Origin: Cyanidioschyzon merolae
Taxonomy: Eukaryota
NCBI GenBank assembly: GCA_000091205.1
Contig: AP006497.2
DNA: 64,000 nucleotides
Reading direction: 5' to 3' (one strand)
The notes under the pieces were generated by a model. It was given only the letters and a program-made list of their open reading frames with translations, made no database searches and was not told where the DNA came from. This document shows, in pieces, positions 52,633-64,000 of this stretch (within the stretch, counting starts at the first letter, position 1; each line of letters opens with the position of its first letter). Both the position numbers and the translations under genes were made by a program.

Positions 52633-54673
52633 GATTTGCGCATGCTATACACAAGGAACGCGATAGCGGTAGAGGCTTGTGCCTACAAATTGGTTCATAA
52701 AATCGGCTATTTTACAAACCTTTGTTTGGCGGCGTCGAGAAGCATCTCGATCCCGGTGACGTATCGAGTTACAGGGGCAACGCGTCGAAAGTGGCACGCA
52801 GTAACGCCGACCGGGAATCCGGAAACTGCGCATGAATTTCCAAGCCCTGATTGTTGCACTTTGAGTGTCTAGACCATATATCTAGGACAATGCCGGGAAA
52901 AAAAATCGAAAGGCAGGGCCAGCGCGTGCAGTGCAGTATCCCGTATTCATCCAACGGTGGCACAGCGCTGCGGGAATCGGGCACCATTGAGGCGGGGCGT
53001 GTGTTGCGATGAATTCTATAATCAAAAGAACGTTCTGTTCTGAGCACGGGACCGAACGCTCGATGGATATCATCACCCTGGAAAGCGTCCATTATGCCTC
53101 GCCTTACGTTCAGGTACCAGCCGCCACTAGGCATACTTTTCCTCAGAGATACTAGTCGTCATATGTGTTCAACACTGTTCCGAATCTTCCGAAAATGCCG
53201 GGCAAATTGCGCTGGCTGTGGAGCGCGCTTCGAATGTAGTGCACCAGTGCCGAGAGCGCTTCGACGGCTCGTGCCATCGCGTCTCTGGTACGCCAGGCGA
53301 AGACGAGCCAACGTTGTTGCTGGTGTAAAACTTCTGAAAGGTGCCATGGATTTGGCATTCGCAGGCAGGAGTTGCACAGGCGACACCGACAGCGTACTAT
53401 CAAAAAAATAGGCGCATGGCATGTCGTAGCATAGGGAGCCTTCGTCTCATGAGTGTGTACTGGAAACACGAGTGGCTGCCGCACAGAAGCTGCGGATCGC
53501 GCCGAGAAGCAGCTGGGCATGCGCACAACCCGAGTAATGGGGCACACGCGAGCGTCTCGACGCGACTCCAGTGCTCCAGAATGCCTGGAAGCGTGTGCCG
53601 CGGCCTAGGCTGCCAGGCAAGCCTCGTTCGAGCGGCACCGTCCGGCGCGAGTCGAGTGCGACCTCCCCTCCCACGAGTCAGGCATCCGGGTGCCGGACGC
53701 AAATGATCCTCAGTCGGTATAGCGCGTGCGCATATTGTAGCGACGTGCTCCGATATGGCCGCAACACGTAGGCCACTGGCGCAACTTTTTCGCAGCCCGA
53801 CATACTCTAAACTGCCCAGAGGCTTCTCACTGCGCTTCATGCCGCAAAGCGTTTCCAGTCAGTACTTAGGGCGGTGTCGAGCGCCCTGCTCGACGCAGCG
53901 TTCTCGCGCGCCGCATCAAGTCGTTCTGCAATTCATCATCATTGTTCCGCCTCCGTGACTCGATTCAGTCGCATGCCCTCTAGACTTGCCATCCCGAGTC
54001 GCTGCCCGCGCATTGCGTCCACGAAAGCTCGTCTGTGTAGACAACAAGCGAATCGTTCCAGTCACAACGCTCGTCCCCGTGGACGCGATACAGGATACCC
54101 GCGTCGCCACACGCAGCGGTTACTCGAAGCGTCCCGCTCCTGCCGCTGATACGAGTGCTGCGGCCTCAGCGTCGATATGCCTGCGCAGCGCATGTTTCCG
54201 GCCTGCTTTTTTTTCATTGACAAAACGTTTACTTAGGCCAGCGTTCTCCGATTACGCGCATTTTTCTTTTCTTACTTTTTTCTGTGAGTGTTTTTTTCCC
54301 CGCCCTGCTGCGGAGGCGCGGCGCCCGCGCGATCGATGAACGCATCCCCGCGGATCGTTGCAAAAGCGCGACACGTCACAGCGCCGCATGCGTGCGTGCG
54401 TGCCGGCGGCGGCGGCGGCGGGAACAGCACTGTGGCATGCGTGCGTGCCGCGAACGCTCATTCAACAGTAGGCTCTCAGCGCAGCGTTCTGTTTTTGGGC
54501 GAATACAGGGAGCACCGGCAGTGTTCATCGAGAAGGAGTGTACTACGCGCCTGTGCGAGCGGTGACCGGGCGAAGGACCATTCGGTAGGTATCACTTGGT
54601 ACTCGTTCGAGAACGCCAGAGTTTTCTGCAGAAGCTTTTCGGATTTCGGTAAGAGGAGCCAGCGCGCCGAGGA

Positions 54674-57031
54674 ATGCTTGGTGATAGCACACGTCCCGTG
54701 TTCCTCTCGCCGGGCTTTTGGTGGATAGCCACAGCGCTCCTTTCAACGTATGCCGTTGTCGACGCGCACCTTGGTCACCTCACCAGTGTTTTCGAACGCG
54801 TTGCCGTGGCAGTGCCTTTGGGCTGGGCGGTGTCCTCGTGGCTCGCGTATTTGTTTGCGTCGCTGCGCTACCAAACGCTTGATGTACGATCCGTTCGAGC
54901 TGCTTGGCTAGTGCAAGCTGCAATCGGCTTGTTTCATGTGTGGCTGGTTCAGCGACGGAGAAAGGCGGGTCATGAACCAGCTGGCACCGTGAGGGACTCG
55001 CCGGCCCGCAGTGCGAAGGTAGCACCGCACAGGCCTGGGATGGGCGTCACAGCATTGACGGCTTTGATTGTCTGGCCCATGGTCTCGAGTCGTTTCCTGC
55101 GGAACGAACCAGATGGTAGCGTGAGCTCAGGTGGCGCAACCTGGGCCGATTTGCCGTTCCACATGAATATAGCGGCATCGTTCCTCTATGGAACGAACCG
55201 GGAATTCGACTATCGTCGCACAGAGGCAGCATTTTATGCAGGTTCGCGCCTTGTTTATCCGCTACTTCCAGACTTTCATGCAGCGTGTCTGCGGGTATCG
55301 GGCATGAGCTGGCGCATGAGTTTTCTGCTACCGGCACTGTTTCTGGCTGTATCAGCATCGGCGCTGCTGTATGCGGTGAACTGGCGTTTAACCGGCAGTC
55401 GCGCCGCTGCCGTGCTCTCCGTTCTCCTCGTCATGTGTGCAGGTGGTACCGGGTCCTTTGAGCACTGGATCGAGCGAGGCTGGAGTCACGCGACGCGCGT
55501 AGCCTGGGATGTGGATCCGGTCCAAGCTGACCGTGAGGGCGGCAGACAAGAGATCCTGTGGTTTGCCTACTTTGGGCATGTGTTCTTGCCACAGCGACCG
55601 GCCACGTATGCAATTCCCCTGATCCTCATTGTTATCCTGCTGCTTGTTCTTGCCATGACCGAAGGTGTTCCGCTTCAACAGAGCGCTATTGTGTTGAGGC
55701 TGGCGGCCTTTGTCGCCGGTATCTTGCCCTTATTCCAGGCGCACGCATTTGTTGGTGCAGTGATTCTCTGCTCTGTGCTCTTCATTATGGATTTCGACCG
55801 ATGGTACACACATATGGATCTTCTCTGGCGAGGGTGGCTCACAGCCGCTTTCATCGGTTTGGCGTTGTCGGCGCCCCAGCTTCCGGTATACATCGGGAGG
55901 GTGGCATCGTCGAGGGAGCAAAGAGGCTTTCTTCGCTTCTCTTGGACGGCAATGTCATCCTTCAACAGAGGGTTTTGGAGAACCTGGTTCCGCGCCCTGA
56001 CTCTACACGTTCCAGTCTATACACTTGTGTTTGGCATTGTGTCCGTGGTGCTGTTGGCACAGGCGCTTGCAGATCTGGAGAGACTTTTCGGAGTACGCGG
56101 ATACTTTCCGATCGTGGAACGCATCCAAAACCGCGTTGTGCACTTGCTGCGGGGCCTTGCTCCGGCTTTTAGCGGGCCTTCACATTACTGGCGTTTGAAG
56201 TTCTTCCCCGCATTCGCTGCAGTTTTCGTTTTCTGTAATCTTTTCCTCATTCAGCCATGGGTCAAGGATAACGTCAAGCTCGTGTATATTTGGCTCTTTC
56301 AGGCTGCAGGTGTCGTTGGGTATCTGCTGGTGCGTTTATGGCGGCGCGGTGGGCCTCTGGGCAAGCTCCTGACCCCGCTGATCCTGTTTTTCATGCTCTT
56401 TAGCGGCTTTCTGGGGATGCGCCGAGAATGGGGTGGCGTTACGGCTGAGCTCTTCACACCCGCCGATCAAGAGCTAGGTGAATGGATCAAAATGAACACG
56501 CATTGGCGATCGGTGTTTCTGACTGGCGAAGAGCACGTCAATCCCGCTTGTGCCCTCGGCGGAAGATCGCTGTATCTTGGCTACCTGGGCTGGGTGTGGT
56601 CCCATGGTCTGCCGAATATTCACGAGCGAGTGCAGCTTCGGGACAAAGTGCTTCGAGGTGATGATCGGAATGGGACAGAGCTCTTGAATCTGCTCCGATT
56701 CCGGCGAGTGAGTCATATTTTGCTGGAGCCAAGAATACCGGATCCAGGCTTTGAGAGCATTTTTAACCCGTCCGACGTATGGCTCGGGTACGAGAACCAA
56801 GGATGGCGTCTGTACTTCATCAAGGATGTCGTTCTCGGTGATCGGCCCATCGAGTCTATCTCGAGAGAGCAGCTCTTCTTCTCGACTGGAGTCTCGCTCG
56901 TTGCACTCTGGATGGCCGCTATCTGCTTGTGGTATTTGCCGTGCGTGTTTACGCGGCAGAAGACCGAAGAAGACGGGAACTACGTGCTGCCGCATGGCAC
57001 GATCGGCGGTCGACGCATGAAAGCGCTGTAG
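54674..57031 (+). CDS. Large polytopic membrane protein (>=10 predicted TM helices), family not recognised; possibly a GT-C-type glycosyltransferase-like or transporter-like protein
   Basis: ORF of 785 aa with many long hydrophobic segments (WIATALLSTYAVV, LVYPLLPDFHAACL, LLPALFLAVSASALLYAV, AIPLILIVILLLVLAMT, LAAFVAGILPLFQAHAFVGAVILCSVLFIM, VPVYTLVFGIVSVVLLAQ, etc.). No diagnostic motif was found by eye. Confidence 0.65.
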   Translation: MLGDSTRPVFLSPGFWWIATALLSTYAVVDAHLGHLTSVFERVAVAVPLGWAVSSWLAYLFASLRYQTLDVRSVRAAWLVQAAIGLFHVWLVQRRRKAGHEPAGTVRDSPARSAKVAPHRPGMGVTALTALIVWPMVSSRFLRNEPDGSVSSGGATWADLPFHMNIAASFLYGTNREFDYRRTEAAFYAGSRLVYPLLPDFHAACLRVSGMSWRMSFLLPALFLAVSASALLYAVNWRLTGSRAAAVLSVLLVMCAGGTGSFEHWIERGWSHATRVAWDVDPVQADREGGRQEILWFAYFGHVFLPQRPATYAIPLILIVILLLVLAMTEGVPLQQSAIVLRLAAFVAGILPLFQAHAFVGAVILCSVLFIMDFDRWYTHMDLLWRGWLTAAFIGLALSAPQLPVYIGRVASSREQRGFLRFSWTAMSSFNRGFWRTWFRALTLHVPVYTLVFGIVSVVLLAQALADLERLFGVRGYFPIVERIQNRVVHLLRGLAPAFSGPSHYWRLKFFPAFAAVFVFCNLFLIQPWVKDNVKLVYIWLFQAAGVVGYLLVRLWRRGGPLGKLLTPLILFFMLFSGFLGMRREWGGVTAELFTPADQELGEWIKMNTHWRSVFLTGEEHVNPACALGGRSLYLGYLGWVWSHGLPNIHERVQLRDKVLRGDDRNGTELLNLLRFRRVSHILLEPRIPDPGFESIFNPSDVWLGYENQGWRLYFIKDVVLGDRPIESISREQLFFSTGVSLVALWMAAICLWYLPCVFTRQKTEEDGNYVLPHGTIGGRRMKAL

Positions 57032-58485
57032 CCAATGGCTTCATGAAGAGGGGTTAACGCTCGAGGCTCGACGATATCTTGCTTCTGTCCGCTACATTGC
57101 GAAGCGATTCTTTGGCCGACGCGAGTTGTGCGTACGTATCCGGAATTCGGTGTTGCAGCATCTCAGCGGAGAGGCCATGAATGCTGCACTCGTCAGGCTT
57201 GCTCTCTGACTATCGCCAACGACGTGTCTCTTCATATCTAGTGGGGTCTAGTGACCATTTCGTGCCTGCTACAGCGATGCCAAACGACAAGCATGCAGGT
57301 AGGCAGCCATGTATACCCATACACATACGCAGGCGCTGTTCGTGTTGGAGAAGGCACGGCGCCCTGGTCGCATGCTCGTTCAGGGCACAGGCCAACGCGG
57401 TGACAACGAGCAGCATCCCCGTCCTCGCGGATCGCAAACCGGAGAGCGTCGATTCACTACCAGGACTGCGTGCTCGGGTTGTGTTGTGGCGACGCATAGC
57501 GTCGGGGCACTCATCTTGATGACTAAGCGGGTGCAGCTTTTGAACCGACCGGCTTGAGCCGGAGATCAGCCGCCTGAGCAGCCACGGGAACGATGACGAA
57601 GCGTGCTGGGGTGCGCAAATGCCGCGCACTATTCTAAACGAGACATCAGCGATTCTCTCGTAGTCCCTGGGTACGAGTATTCCCGCATTGCGACGACATG
57701 GCGGGCCATTGATCCATGCGCCTGGTTCACGTTCAGCACAAACCCTGTGGTGTTTTGCAAGTTGTCCCAGTAGTGTCGCCTTTTTGAACGCGAGCAAGCC
57801 TGAGGCTTCGATATCAACCGACTGCGGGCAGGAATTTACGGTGCCAGCGTTGCCGGATGCCTCTGCATGATATGGCAACCTAGACACCGTCGTCGCCAGA
57901 GGCGGGTATGTTGAATCAGCGTATGTGACAGGTCATCGATACATGGGATGTATTGGGTACTCCATGAGCGAGTGCAGCCTATCAGCACATCACATTTGCC
58001 CGCCACTCTCGGAATAACAACCAAACACCTCCAGTCCTCTGGGCGTCGTTTCGTCCTAGAGTGCCACTCCATAATCAGCTAGAACGGGAGAATCAGCAAA
58101 TTCGAGCGCTGAAATCTCCGCTTGTCGGTAAAGGCGTCAACGCAGGGGTGATCTGAGCCAAAGCGACACGTTTCCGTGCGCTGCATATACCCGGGTCCAT
58201 GCCATCGAAGCATTTGTGCAGCGCGGTTTCTCAGTTGCGCGTTGACGTCCGTGTTGCGCAGTAGCACCCCGTGGGGTATTTCAACGCGACCCGTTTGGAT
58301 GCGTCATAAGCGCACACGATTCATGGAGCGGGCACGGCGGACTCGGGACACGCTCAGATGCGTGCCTGAGCGCTCCTTCGATATGCAGCACCATCGAAAG
58401 AGACCAACATGAGGAACGAGCTGTACCTCTGTTGAATGGATACAGATGAACGTATATGCTGCGTTGAGGATGCGGGCACGCGGGG

Positions 58486-61400
58486 ATGACGCCCGAAACA
58501 ATCGCATCGCCTCCAAGCGCTGCAAGGAGAGATGAAATTTTTGTTCGTCAACGGCACCTTTACACACACACACACACAGAGCGATACTTCGGGAATCTGC
58601 TATGTCACGACTGGTATCGGCTTTCGGGAAAGCATCCATCGTTTCGCGTCCTTGTCCCGGGGATTCCACCTCCCCCCAGACTTTCACTCTGGGACACGCG
58701 TTCTGTCTCACGCTCTAACGTGCGTCCAGAGTGCCACCTAGAGCGCCGGTGCGGTCGCAGTACGCAGTCAGAACGGCTTTGCGATACCCCAGCGGGCACC
58801 GGCTCGTCATGGAACAGACGAATGGACGTGCGATGCCCGCTTGCCTGTCGCCAGGTCCGCTGGTGGTCGTGCAGGCGCTGGGGATGCCATCAAGCCAGCG
58901 CCTCTGGCCAATCGATACGCAGCAGCGAAGGGACGCGGAAAATACGCTCACTGCAGCGGGTACGAACTGGCTCTGCACTCCTGGACTGGGTCTACGTTGC
59001 TATGAACCTTGTTCGGAGCCAGCTTGCCTTACAGCGACTACAAGACGGAATTGAGTCCGTTCGATGGAGATATACTGTATTGGATGCGTTGCGAGTAGAG
59101 CCGCGGTTCGTTTCTGCGCTCGTGGCTCGTGAACGGAGCTCCGGAGAGCGTCCTGCGACAACGTCCAGCTCGCGTGACTGCCTCGTGGCGGAGCGTCTTG
59201 ACGGTATCGACGTCGGTGCGGCGGTGACCGAGGCAGAGCTGTGGACTCGGGCGGCAGAACGGGCACCAAAACTTGTTGTACGCCTTGTGGAGTTTATCAA
59301 GGTGGGTGCACGGAGCTGCGTGTTTGTGTACGAAACCTACACGCCAGTCGACCGCGACGCCACGCCGACAGACGCTCAGGTAGTTCGGGTTGCTGCCCAG
59401 GCTTTTTGCCTAGTACGCCTGTGCGAAACGCTGGGCACAAGTGTCAACGGTAGACTGGACAGGTCCGAACTTAGCTTTCAAGGCAAAGCGCGTGGTTTCG
59501 GACCTGGAGTTCTTCTCAGGAGGGAGGCACCGGCAGGCGTCCTCGAAAGCGAATCGGCTGCATCCGAAAGCATAGCCCAGCAGGATGAAAAACAAGTCGT
59601 CTTTCAGCTGGGATGCCTTATGGGCGATCTTTTAGCCGAGGACACGCAGTACTATTCTCGGCGGTTACTACGCCTGCAAGCTAGTTGTGTTCGAGAAGCA
59701 CCTGAAGCGCGTCCAACGCTGAATATCGTGGAGCGGAAGCTTCGACGTCAGATTCAGCGCCTGGTGCGAGCACGCTCCGACAGCGGCTCCACCGAGGCAC
59801 GCGATGAACCACCGTCTACCCCGGAAATCAGCGATGTGACTGCACCGGTGCCGAGCCACGAAGACCTAGAAGAAATGTTGCACCAATGGGAGAGCGGCAT
59901 GTCTGGTAGCCAGACACCGGGACGGGCGTCGAAGAGCTCGCGGGACTCGGAGTCGACGGTGCCAGCCTCTTGTGCCGCTTACCCCGCTGGACCCAGCGTC
60001 GACTCAAATCCCCTTGGCGGTCATGTCGAGGCACCCTGGGCCATGGAGTCGTGCAGTGACCCGACACCGAACGCTGATCGAGTCGAGCAGCTCATTCAGC
60101 TGGCTTTGGGACGTTCCGAGCAAAGCTTCGGGTTTCCGCACTGCATTCGAGCGTTGCTGCTCGAGGCGTTCGCTCGACCCGATCGAGCCGTCATCGACAC
60201 CGTGCTCAAAGCGCTTCGTCGGCGAGTCTTGCAGGACGCTCTGAGCGTATTTTCTCGTTTGCAAGCGCTGTATATTATTCACTTTCTGTTGCTCCGCGGG
60301 CCGCGGAGCGTTTACGATAGCGCCATAACTTACACGGATTTTATTTCTCTTCTTAGGTCCGCTGGTCAGCGTTCCACAAAGACTGCCTTGAAGCAGGTGT
60401 CTCCCAGACCAAAAGGGGCAGGCTTTTGGGTCCAGGGTTGCACTGGCGGCTCCCGGGATGCAACAGGGATCGTGCACCGATACCGTGAAAGAGACCCTTA
60501 TGGCTGGGTGGTCGGCAGCGCGGTGCACGCAAAAGGCGACCAGCAGGCCGAGCGCTCGGCGAACCGCCGACAGGAGATGCTTCTCGAGCAAGCCAATGAG
60601 CTATCGAGGCACTACGGTGCACTTATCCTGAGCAAACTCGACGCGGTGCGGACCTGGCGAGACCAACGGGGCGCAAACAACGACGATGCGCGCCACCAGT
60701 CGAGACGTTTGGGGATGGCGTCCTCGTTGTTGCAAATTTCGAAATCCGCAGGCAAATTGGCTGAAGAGCTCCTTACAAACCCCGCTCCATTACCATTTCG
60801 AGAGCCAGTGATTGATGAGCTACTCTTGGATGTGTTGTGCGGCTTTGCTACCGTGACCTCTATTTTGGCGCCCCGTTTGAGTGGCGTCGAGCGCGTTCGA
60901 CTGGATCACGAGTTCGTCGTGATTTTTCGAGGACTTGCGCGCCTTTTTGGGCTCGCAATTCCCTATTACATCGAACGGAGCCACGAGGCCTTCCTGCGGA
61001 TCGGTCGGAGTCTGTGGGGCCTCTCGCAGAATTGCTCCCTCGACGAACGAACGATTTTCATACAGGCTGCGCGGCGACTTCCGGCGGAGCTGGCTATCGG
61101 CTGTGGCCTTCGCGCTCCAGACACTTATTCGGCGCTACCAGCGTTGGCGCTGTACGCGTTCCGCGCATGCTCATCGTCGAAGTCGGGTAACGTTCGGTCG
61201 ATGCAAGTGGATGCAACGCTGGCTTCCGCCGTGGCAACGACTGCAGATATAACAGCCGATGATTACCGTGCCGCACATTGCCGGGCGCGGAGTAAGAGCA
61301 TCTGCACTGTGCCAAGTTTCGAGACCAGGCTCGGGAATCTGCCCCTGAACCCTGAAGCAACACCTGCGAGACTTGGGCGAAATCTGGATATCGACTGGTT

Positions 61401-62214
61401 GAATATCGAGCTCATTGAGGAACTCGGCCGCGGCAGTTTTGGTACCGTCCATAAGGCAAGATACCTGAATCGCTTGGTGGCAGTGAAAATCTTCGAAATG
61501 GGGCGCAAGTATGCACAAGGCGATCAATATCGTAATTTCTATGCTGAAGTGCGCACGTTGTGTAGTCTCGATCACGAGAACATCCTTCCGTTTATTGGAG
61601 CGGGTAGAGCGCCCGATCCACCGCGTCTTTTCATCGTGACGGAGTTCATGCCCCGCGGAACGCTCTTCGATCTTTTGCATCGTCGACGGGAGGCGCTATC
61701 GCCGCTGCGGAAAAAGTGCATCGCGCTGGACATTTGCCGGGGGATGGCGTACCTGCATGAGCATGGTCTTTTGCATCGCGATCTCAAGTCTTCGAATTTA
61801 CTAATCGATGGTTCTTATCGGGTGAAAATTGGGGATTTTGGCCTGTCCAAGTCCATTCGTTATCTGGCGCTGGACCAGCCAATGACGGGGAACTGCGGCA
61901 CTCCCCAGTACATGGCACCGGAGGTGCTGGCGTCTGCACCCTACGGCACTGCTGCAGACGTGTTCTCATTCGGAATTCTGCTCTGGGAGCTACTAGCGGA
62001 ACAATTACCGTACCAGGGCTTGGAGCCGATGCAGGTCATCACCGCTGTGCTGCAACGCGATGAACGACCGCCGTTAAATCCGCGATGGGATGTCGAGCTC
62101 GTGCGATTGCTCTGCGAGTGCTGGGATCGGGATCCAGCGAAGCGGCCACCATTTCGAGCATTGGTTGCGCGACTGCCGCCAGTTCCATTCCCGGTACCTG
62201 CGCTTGCCGACTAG
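58486..62214 (+). CDS. Protein kinase with C-terminal TKL-like Ser/Thr (dual-specificity-like) catalytic domain (~61390-62200) and long N-terminal region; the N-terminal start is uncertain
   Basis: ELGRGSFGTVHKARYLNRLVAVKIF...ILPFIGAG...LFIVTEFMPRGTLFDLL...GMAYLHEHGLLHRDLKSSNLLIDGSYRVKIGDFGLSK...GTPQYMAPEVL...DVFSFGILLWELL. These are G-loop, VAVK, HRDLK, DFG and APE motifs. The ORF is 3.7 kb and uninterrupted. Confidence 0.85.
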   Translation: MTPETIASPPSAARRDEIFVRQRHLYTHTHTERYFGNLLCHDWYRLSGKHPSFRVLVPGIPPPPRLSLWDTRSVSRSNVRPECHLERRCGRSTQSERLCDTPAGTGSSWNRRMDVRCPLACRQVRWWSCRRWGCHQASASGQSIRSSEGTRKIRSLQRVRTGSALLDWVYVAMNLVRSQLALQRLQDGIESVRWRYTVLDALRVEPRFVSALVARERSSGERPATTSSSRDCLVAERLDGIDVGAAVTEAELWTRAAERAPKLVVRLVEFIKVGARSCVFVYETYTPVDRDATPTDAQVVRVAAQAFCLVRLCETLGTSVNGRLDRSELSFQGKARGFGPGVLLRREAPAGVLESESAASESIAQQDEKQVVFQLGCLMGDLLAEDTQYYSRRLLRLQASCVREAPEARPTLNIVERKLRRQIQRLVRARSDSGSTEARDEPPSTPEISDVTAPVPSHEDLEEMLHQWESGMSGSQTPGRASKSSRDSESTVPASCAAYPAGPSVDSNPLGGHVEAPWAMESCSDPTPNADRVEQLIQLALGRSEQSFGFPHCIRALLLEAFARPDRAVIDTVLKALRRRVLQDALSVFSRLQALYIIHFLLLRGPRSVYDSAITYTDFISLLRSAGQRSTKTALKQVSPRPKGAGFWVQGCTGGSRDATGIVHRYRERDPYGWVVGSAVHAKGDQQAERSANRRQEMLLEQANELSRHYGALILSKLDAVRTWRDQRGANNDDARHQSRRLGMASSLLQISKSAGKLAEELLTNPAPLPFREPVIDELLLDVLCGFATVTSILAPRLSGVERVRLDHEFVVIFRGLARLFGLAIPYYIERSHEAFLRIGRSLWGLSQNCSLDERTIFIQAARRLPAELAIGCGLRAPDTYSALPALALYAFRACSSSKSGNVRSMQVDATLASAVATTADITADDYRAAHCRARSKSICTVPSFETRLGNLPLNPEATPARLGRNLDIDWLNIELIEELGRGSFGTVHKARYLNRLVAVKIFEMGRKYAQGDQYRNFYAEVRTLCSLDHENILPFIGAGRAPDPPRLFIVTEFMPRGTLFDLLHRRREALSPLRKKCIALDICRGMAYLHEHGLLHRDLKSSNLLIDGSYRVKIGDFGLSKSIRYLALDQPMTGNCGTPQYMAPEVLASAPYGTAADVFSFGILLWELLAEQLPYQGLEPMQVITAVLQRDERPPLNPRWDVELVRLLCECWDRDPAKRPPFRALVARLPPVPFPVPALAD
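58561..58578. repeat. (AC)n microsatellite
   Basis: acacacacacacacacac read directly. Confidence 0.9.
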
Positions 62215-63124
62215 AATAGAGGCGTGCGGCTGTCTGGGGCGCTTCTTCGAGTCTGGGCGGCGTCGGATGCGCACCACTGGGGTGCGCGTCTACTCCTGCT
62301 CATACGCGAATGTATCGCACAATCGGTATCGTTTTCCGGTTCCGTTTGGCGATCTCGCGACAGTTACGATGGTATGATAAAGTCGGGGAAATAGATGGCC
62401 CCGTTTTGCAACGCGTGAAACTGCATCGGTGGCAGGAACATACCCGCGTAAACATCATCGTGCAGAGCGAATGTTGCTTCCGATCCACCAGGACAAGCAT
62501 GCGCCTCGGAAGAAATTACGGGATACCGCTTCATGGACACGCTGTCGTTGTCGCAGACAAAACACAGCTTCCGTCATCGGCATGCCAACAAACGATGCCT
62601 CGATCATGGCCAGGTCAGGGGTCCGGGGGTGCAGCGCCGCGCTCCAGGTGTGCACACCGAACACTCCCGAGGCGTGTGCGATGCGCGAACGCCGATGCGC
62701 GCACGGGCACATTCACGCACACGTATGCGATGCGGGAACGGAATGCGTGCGAAGCGACACGTGGCACCACCAAAATGCGCCGCGGAGATTGTCGCGCGAT
62801 TACGCACGAGCTGCCCAGGTGGGCACGGATGCGGTTTCCGCACGTCAAGTCACTTCATTTTACATTGGTGTTGATCATTAAGGTTGTACGTTGCGTCAAC
62901 AGCCGACAGAGTTTTTCTAGGTACTTCGTAAACGAGTTCTATGGCGCCGCAAGGAGACAAAGGTAAGGGAAAGGAGGCAGAGCAGTCCAAACCGATGGGT
63001 GGTCCAGCGATGGCCAAGCCTGCTGCGGATAAGCCTGGGGATAAGCCCGGACAAGGCAGGGCAGGTGGAAAGCCCAAGGGCAAGTGAGCACGTCCTCTGA
63101 AGGTTGTGGGTGTTCTACCGGAAT

Positions 63125-63176
63125 CGTATGGTTGGTTAGTTGGTTGGTTAATTGGTTAGTTGGTTGGTTGGTTGGC
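63125..63176. repeat. (GGTT/GGTTA)n-like microsatellite
   Basis: ggttggttagttggttggttaattggttagttggttggttggttgg read directly. Confidence 0.9.
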
Positions 63177-64000
63177 TATCGTATTGACAAGTGGGTGCTA
63201 ACTTTAGCCGCCGGCGTGACACACGTTGTTTGGTAAGGTGTCGCAGTTCGCGAGCGAGGTCGCAGCGTCTGGACCGTCGACACGGCTGAGGGCGCGTCCT
63301 TGTCAGGTAATCGTCCGCACTGGCGTGGTTGTCAGAGCACGGGTGCGCTGGAACGGATGCTCGTGGTCGTCGTCGATGCTCAGTAGAACAGCGGCGGCGC
63401 CGACTGCATTCCGATGAATGGCAGGGTTTTCCGGCGAGGTCTTGGGGCATCATGAGCATTGCCACCATCGTCGTCGTCATGTTGGTGCCGATGTCGTCAT
63501 GGATTCCATGGTGGCCACGGGTGTGGAGCGATGACATTCAGTGTAAACGTTTTTTCTTGGAGAAAATTAAAGACTTCCATCGGTGTACCAGGCGCACAAC
63601 ACGCGCTGTCCATACGCCCGTGGCGCCGAAAAGACTCAGTGGTAACAAAATCGTGGATGCCGCTGACCTCCTCGACAGCGGGTGTATTTGACGCAACACG
63701 GTACGGGCGCGGCGGCATGGATCGAACGGAGTATGCGGTCTCTGCTTCCTTGTATTTCGTATCAGGGCGCGTGTGCCGCAGCCGTGAAACGGAGCGCGCG
63801 CGCGAACCCCAACACACCCATGGACAGCGGTGATATCGCCGCAGCGATTGCATCGCTGGTATCGCTCCTCCGGAATGACCTATTCCGTGCAGCACGAACT
63901 GCCTCGACAACGGCTCGATGACGCCCCGCATCATTCAGAGCCGGGAGCATGCTCCATAGAGACCAGACGGGCGTCGACTCGAGCGTCGCCTCCGGTTCGA

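Noticed and set aside
53000-54650. Many overlapping 60-150 aa ORFs on both strands in a very GC-rich stretch, including (GCG)n at ~54400-54425
   Set aside because: There are no recognisable protein motifs and ORFs occur in all six frames. This is typical of GC-rich non-coding or UTR/intron sequence upstream of the membrane-protein gene.
62940-63089. Small Lys/Gly/Pro-rich ORF MAPQGDKGKGKEAEQSKPMGGPAMAKPAADKPGDKPGQGRAGGKPKGK
   Set aside because: It is too short and too low-complexity to call from sequence alone. It could be a small basic protein but there is no supporting evidence.
1-64000. tRNA, rRNA or snRNA genes
   Set aside because: No convincing cloverleaf or TΨC-box (GGTTCGAATCC-like) candidates were found by eye. 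A proper scan (tRNAscan or Infernal) is required before excluding them.

Overview
This 64 kb window reads as nuclear DNA from a GC-rich (~58-60%), apparently intron-poor eukaryote. Long uninterrupted ORFs encode typical eukaryotic housekeeping proteins on both strands: proteasome beta5, SRP54, PP2A B'' subunit, TAF9, ANP32, AMMECR1, archease, TRM82/WDR4, RIT1, acylphosphatase, a plant-type glutaminyl cyclase and a TKL-like protein kinase. The lineage is not determinable from sequence alone; a protist or stramenopile-like origin is only a guess. The outstanding feature is a ~9.2 kb palindromic element at 15690-24880. It consists of two ~2.4-2.6 kb inverted repeats about 98% identical in translation. 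Each repeat carries a TnpB/Fanzor-like RuvC nuclease gene with RuvC-I ([16 protein letters not shown]) and RuvC-III ([15 protein letters not shown]) motifs. The two genes are arranged head-to-head around a degenerate non-LTR (LINE) reverse-transcriptase fragment. Both nuclease copies share the same in-frame TAG stops and one frameshift, so they are either intron-containing genes or recently duplicated pseudogenes. Copy 1 also carries a 4x in-frame 75-bp tandem expansion next to RuvC-I. Two older, degenerate relics of the same nuclease family lie at ~47.1-47.7 kb (+) and ~51.3-52.0 kb (-), flanking the ANP32 locus; the second contains an internal inversion of the RuvC-III coding segment. The window is also unusually rich in tRNA-processing genes (TRM82, archease, a bacterial-type RnpA-like domain protein, RIT1). 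It further contains ORF-preserving 114-bp and 117-bp tandem repeats, a dispersed repeat family and several microsatellites. No rRNA, tRNA or CRISPR arrays could be supported by eye.
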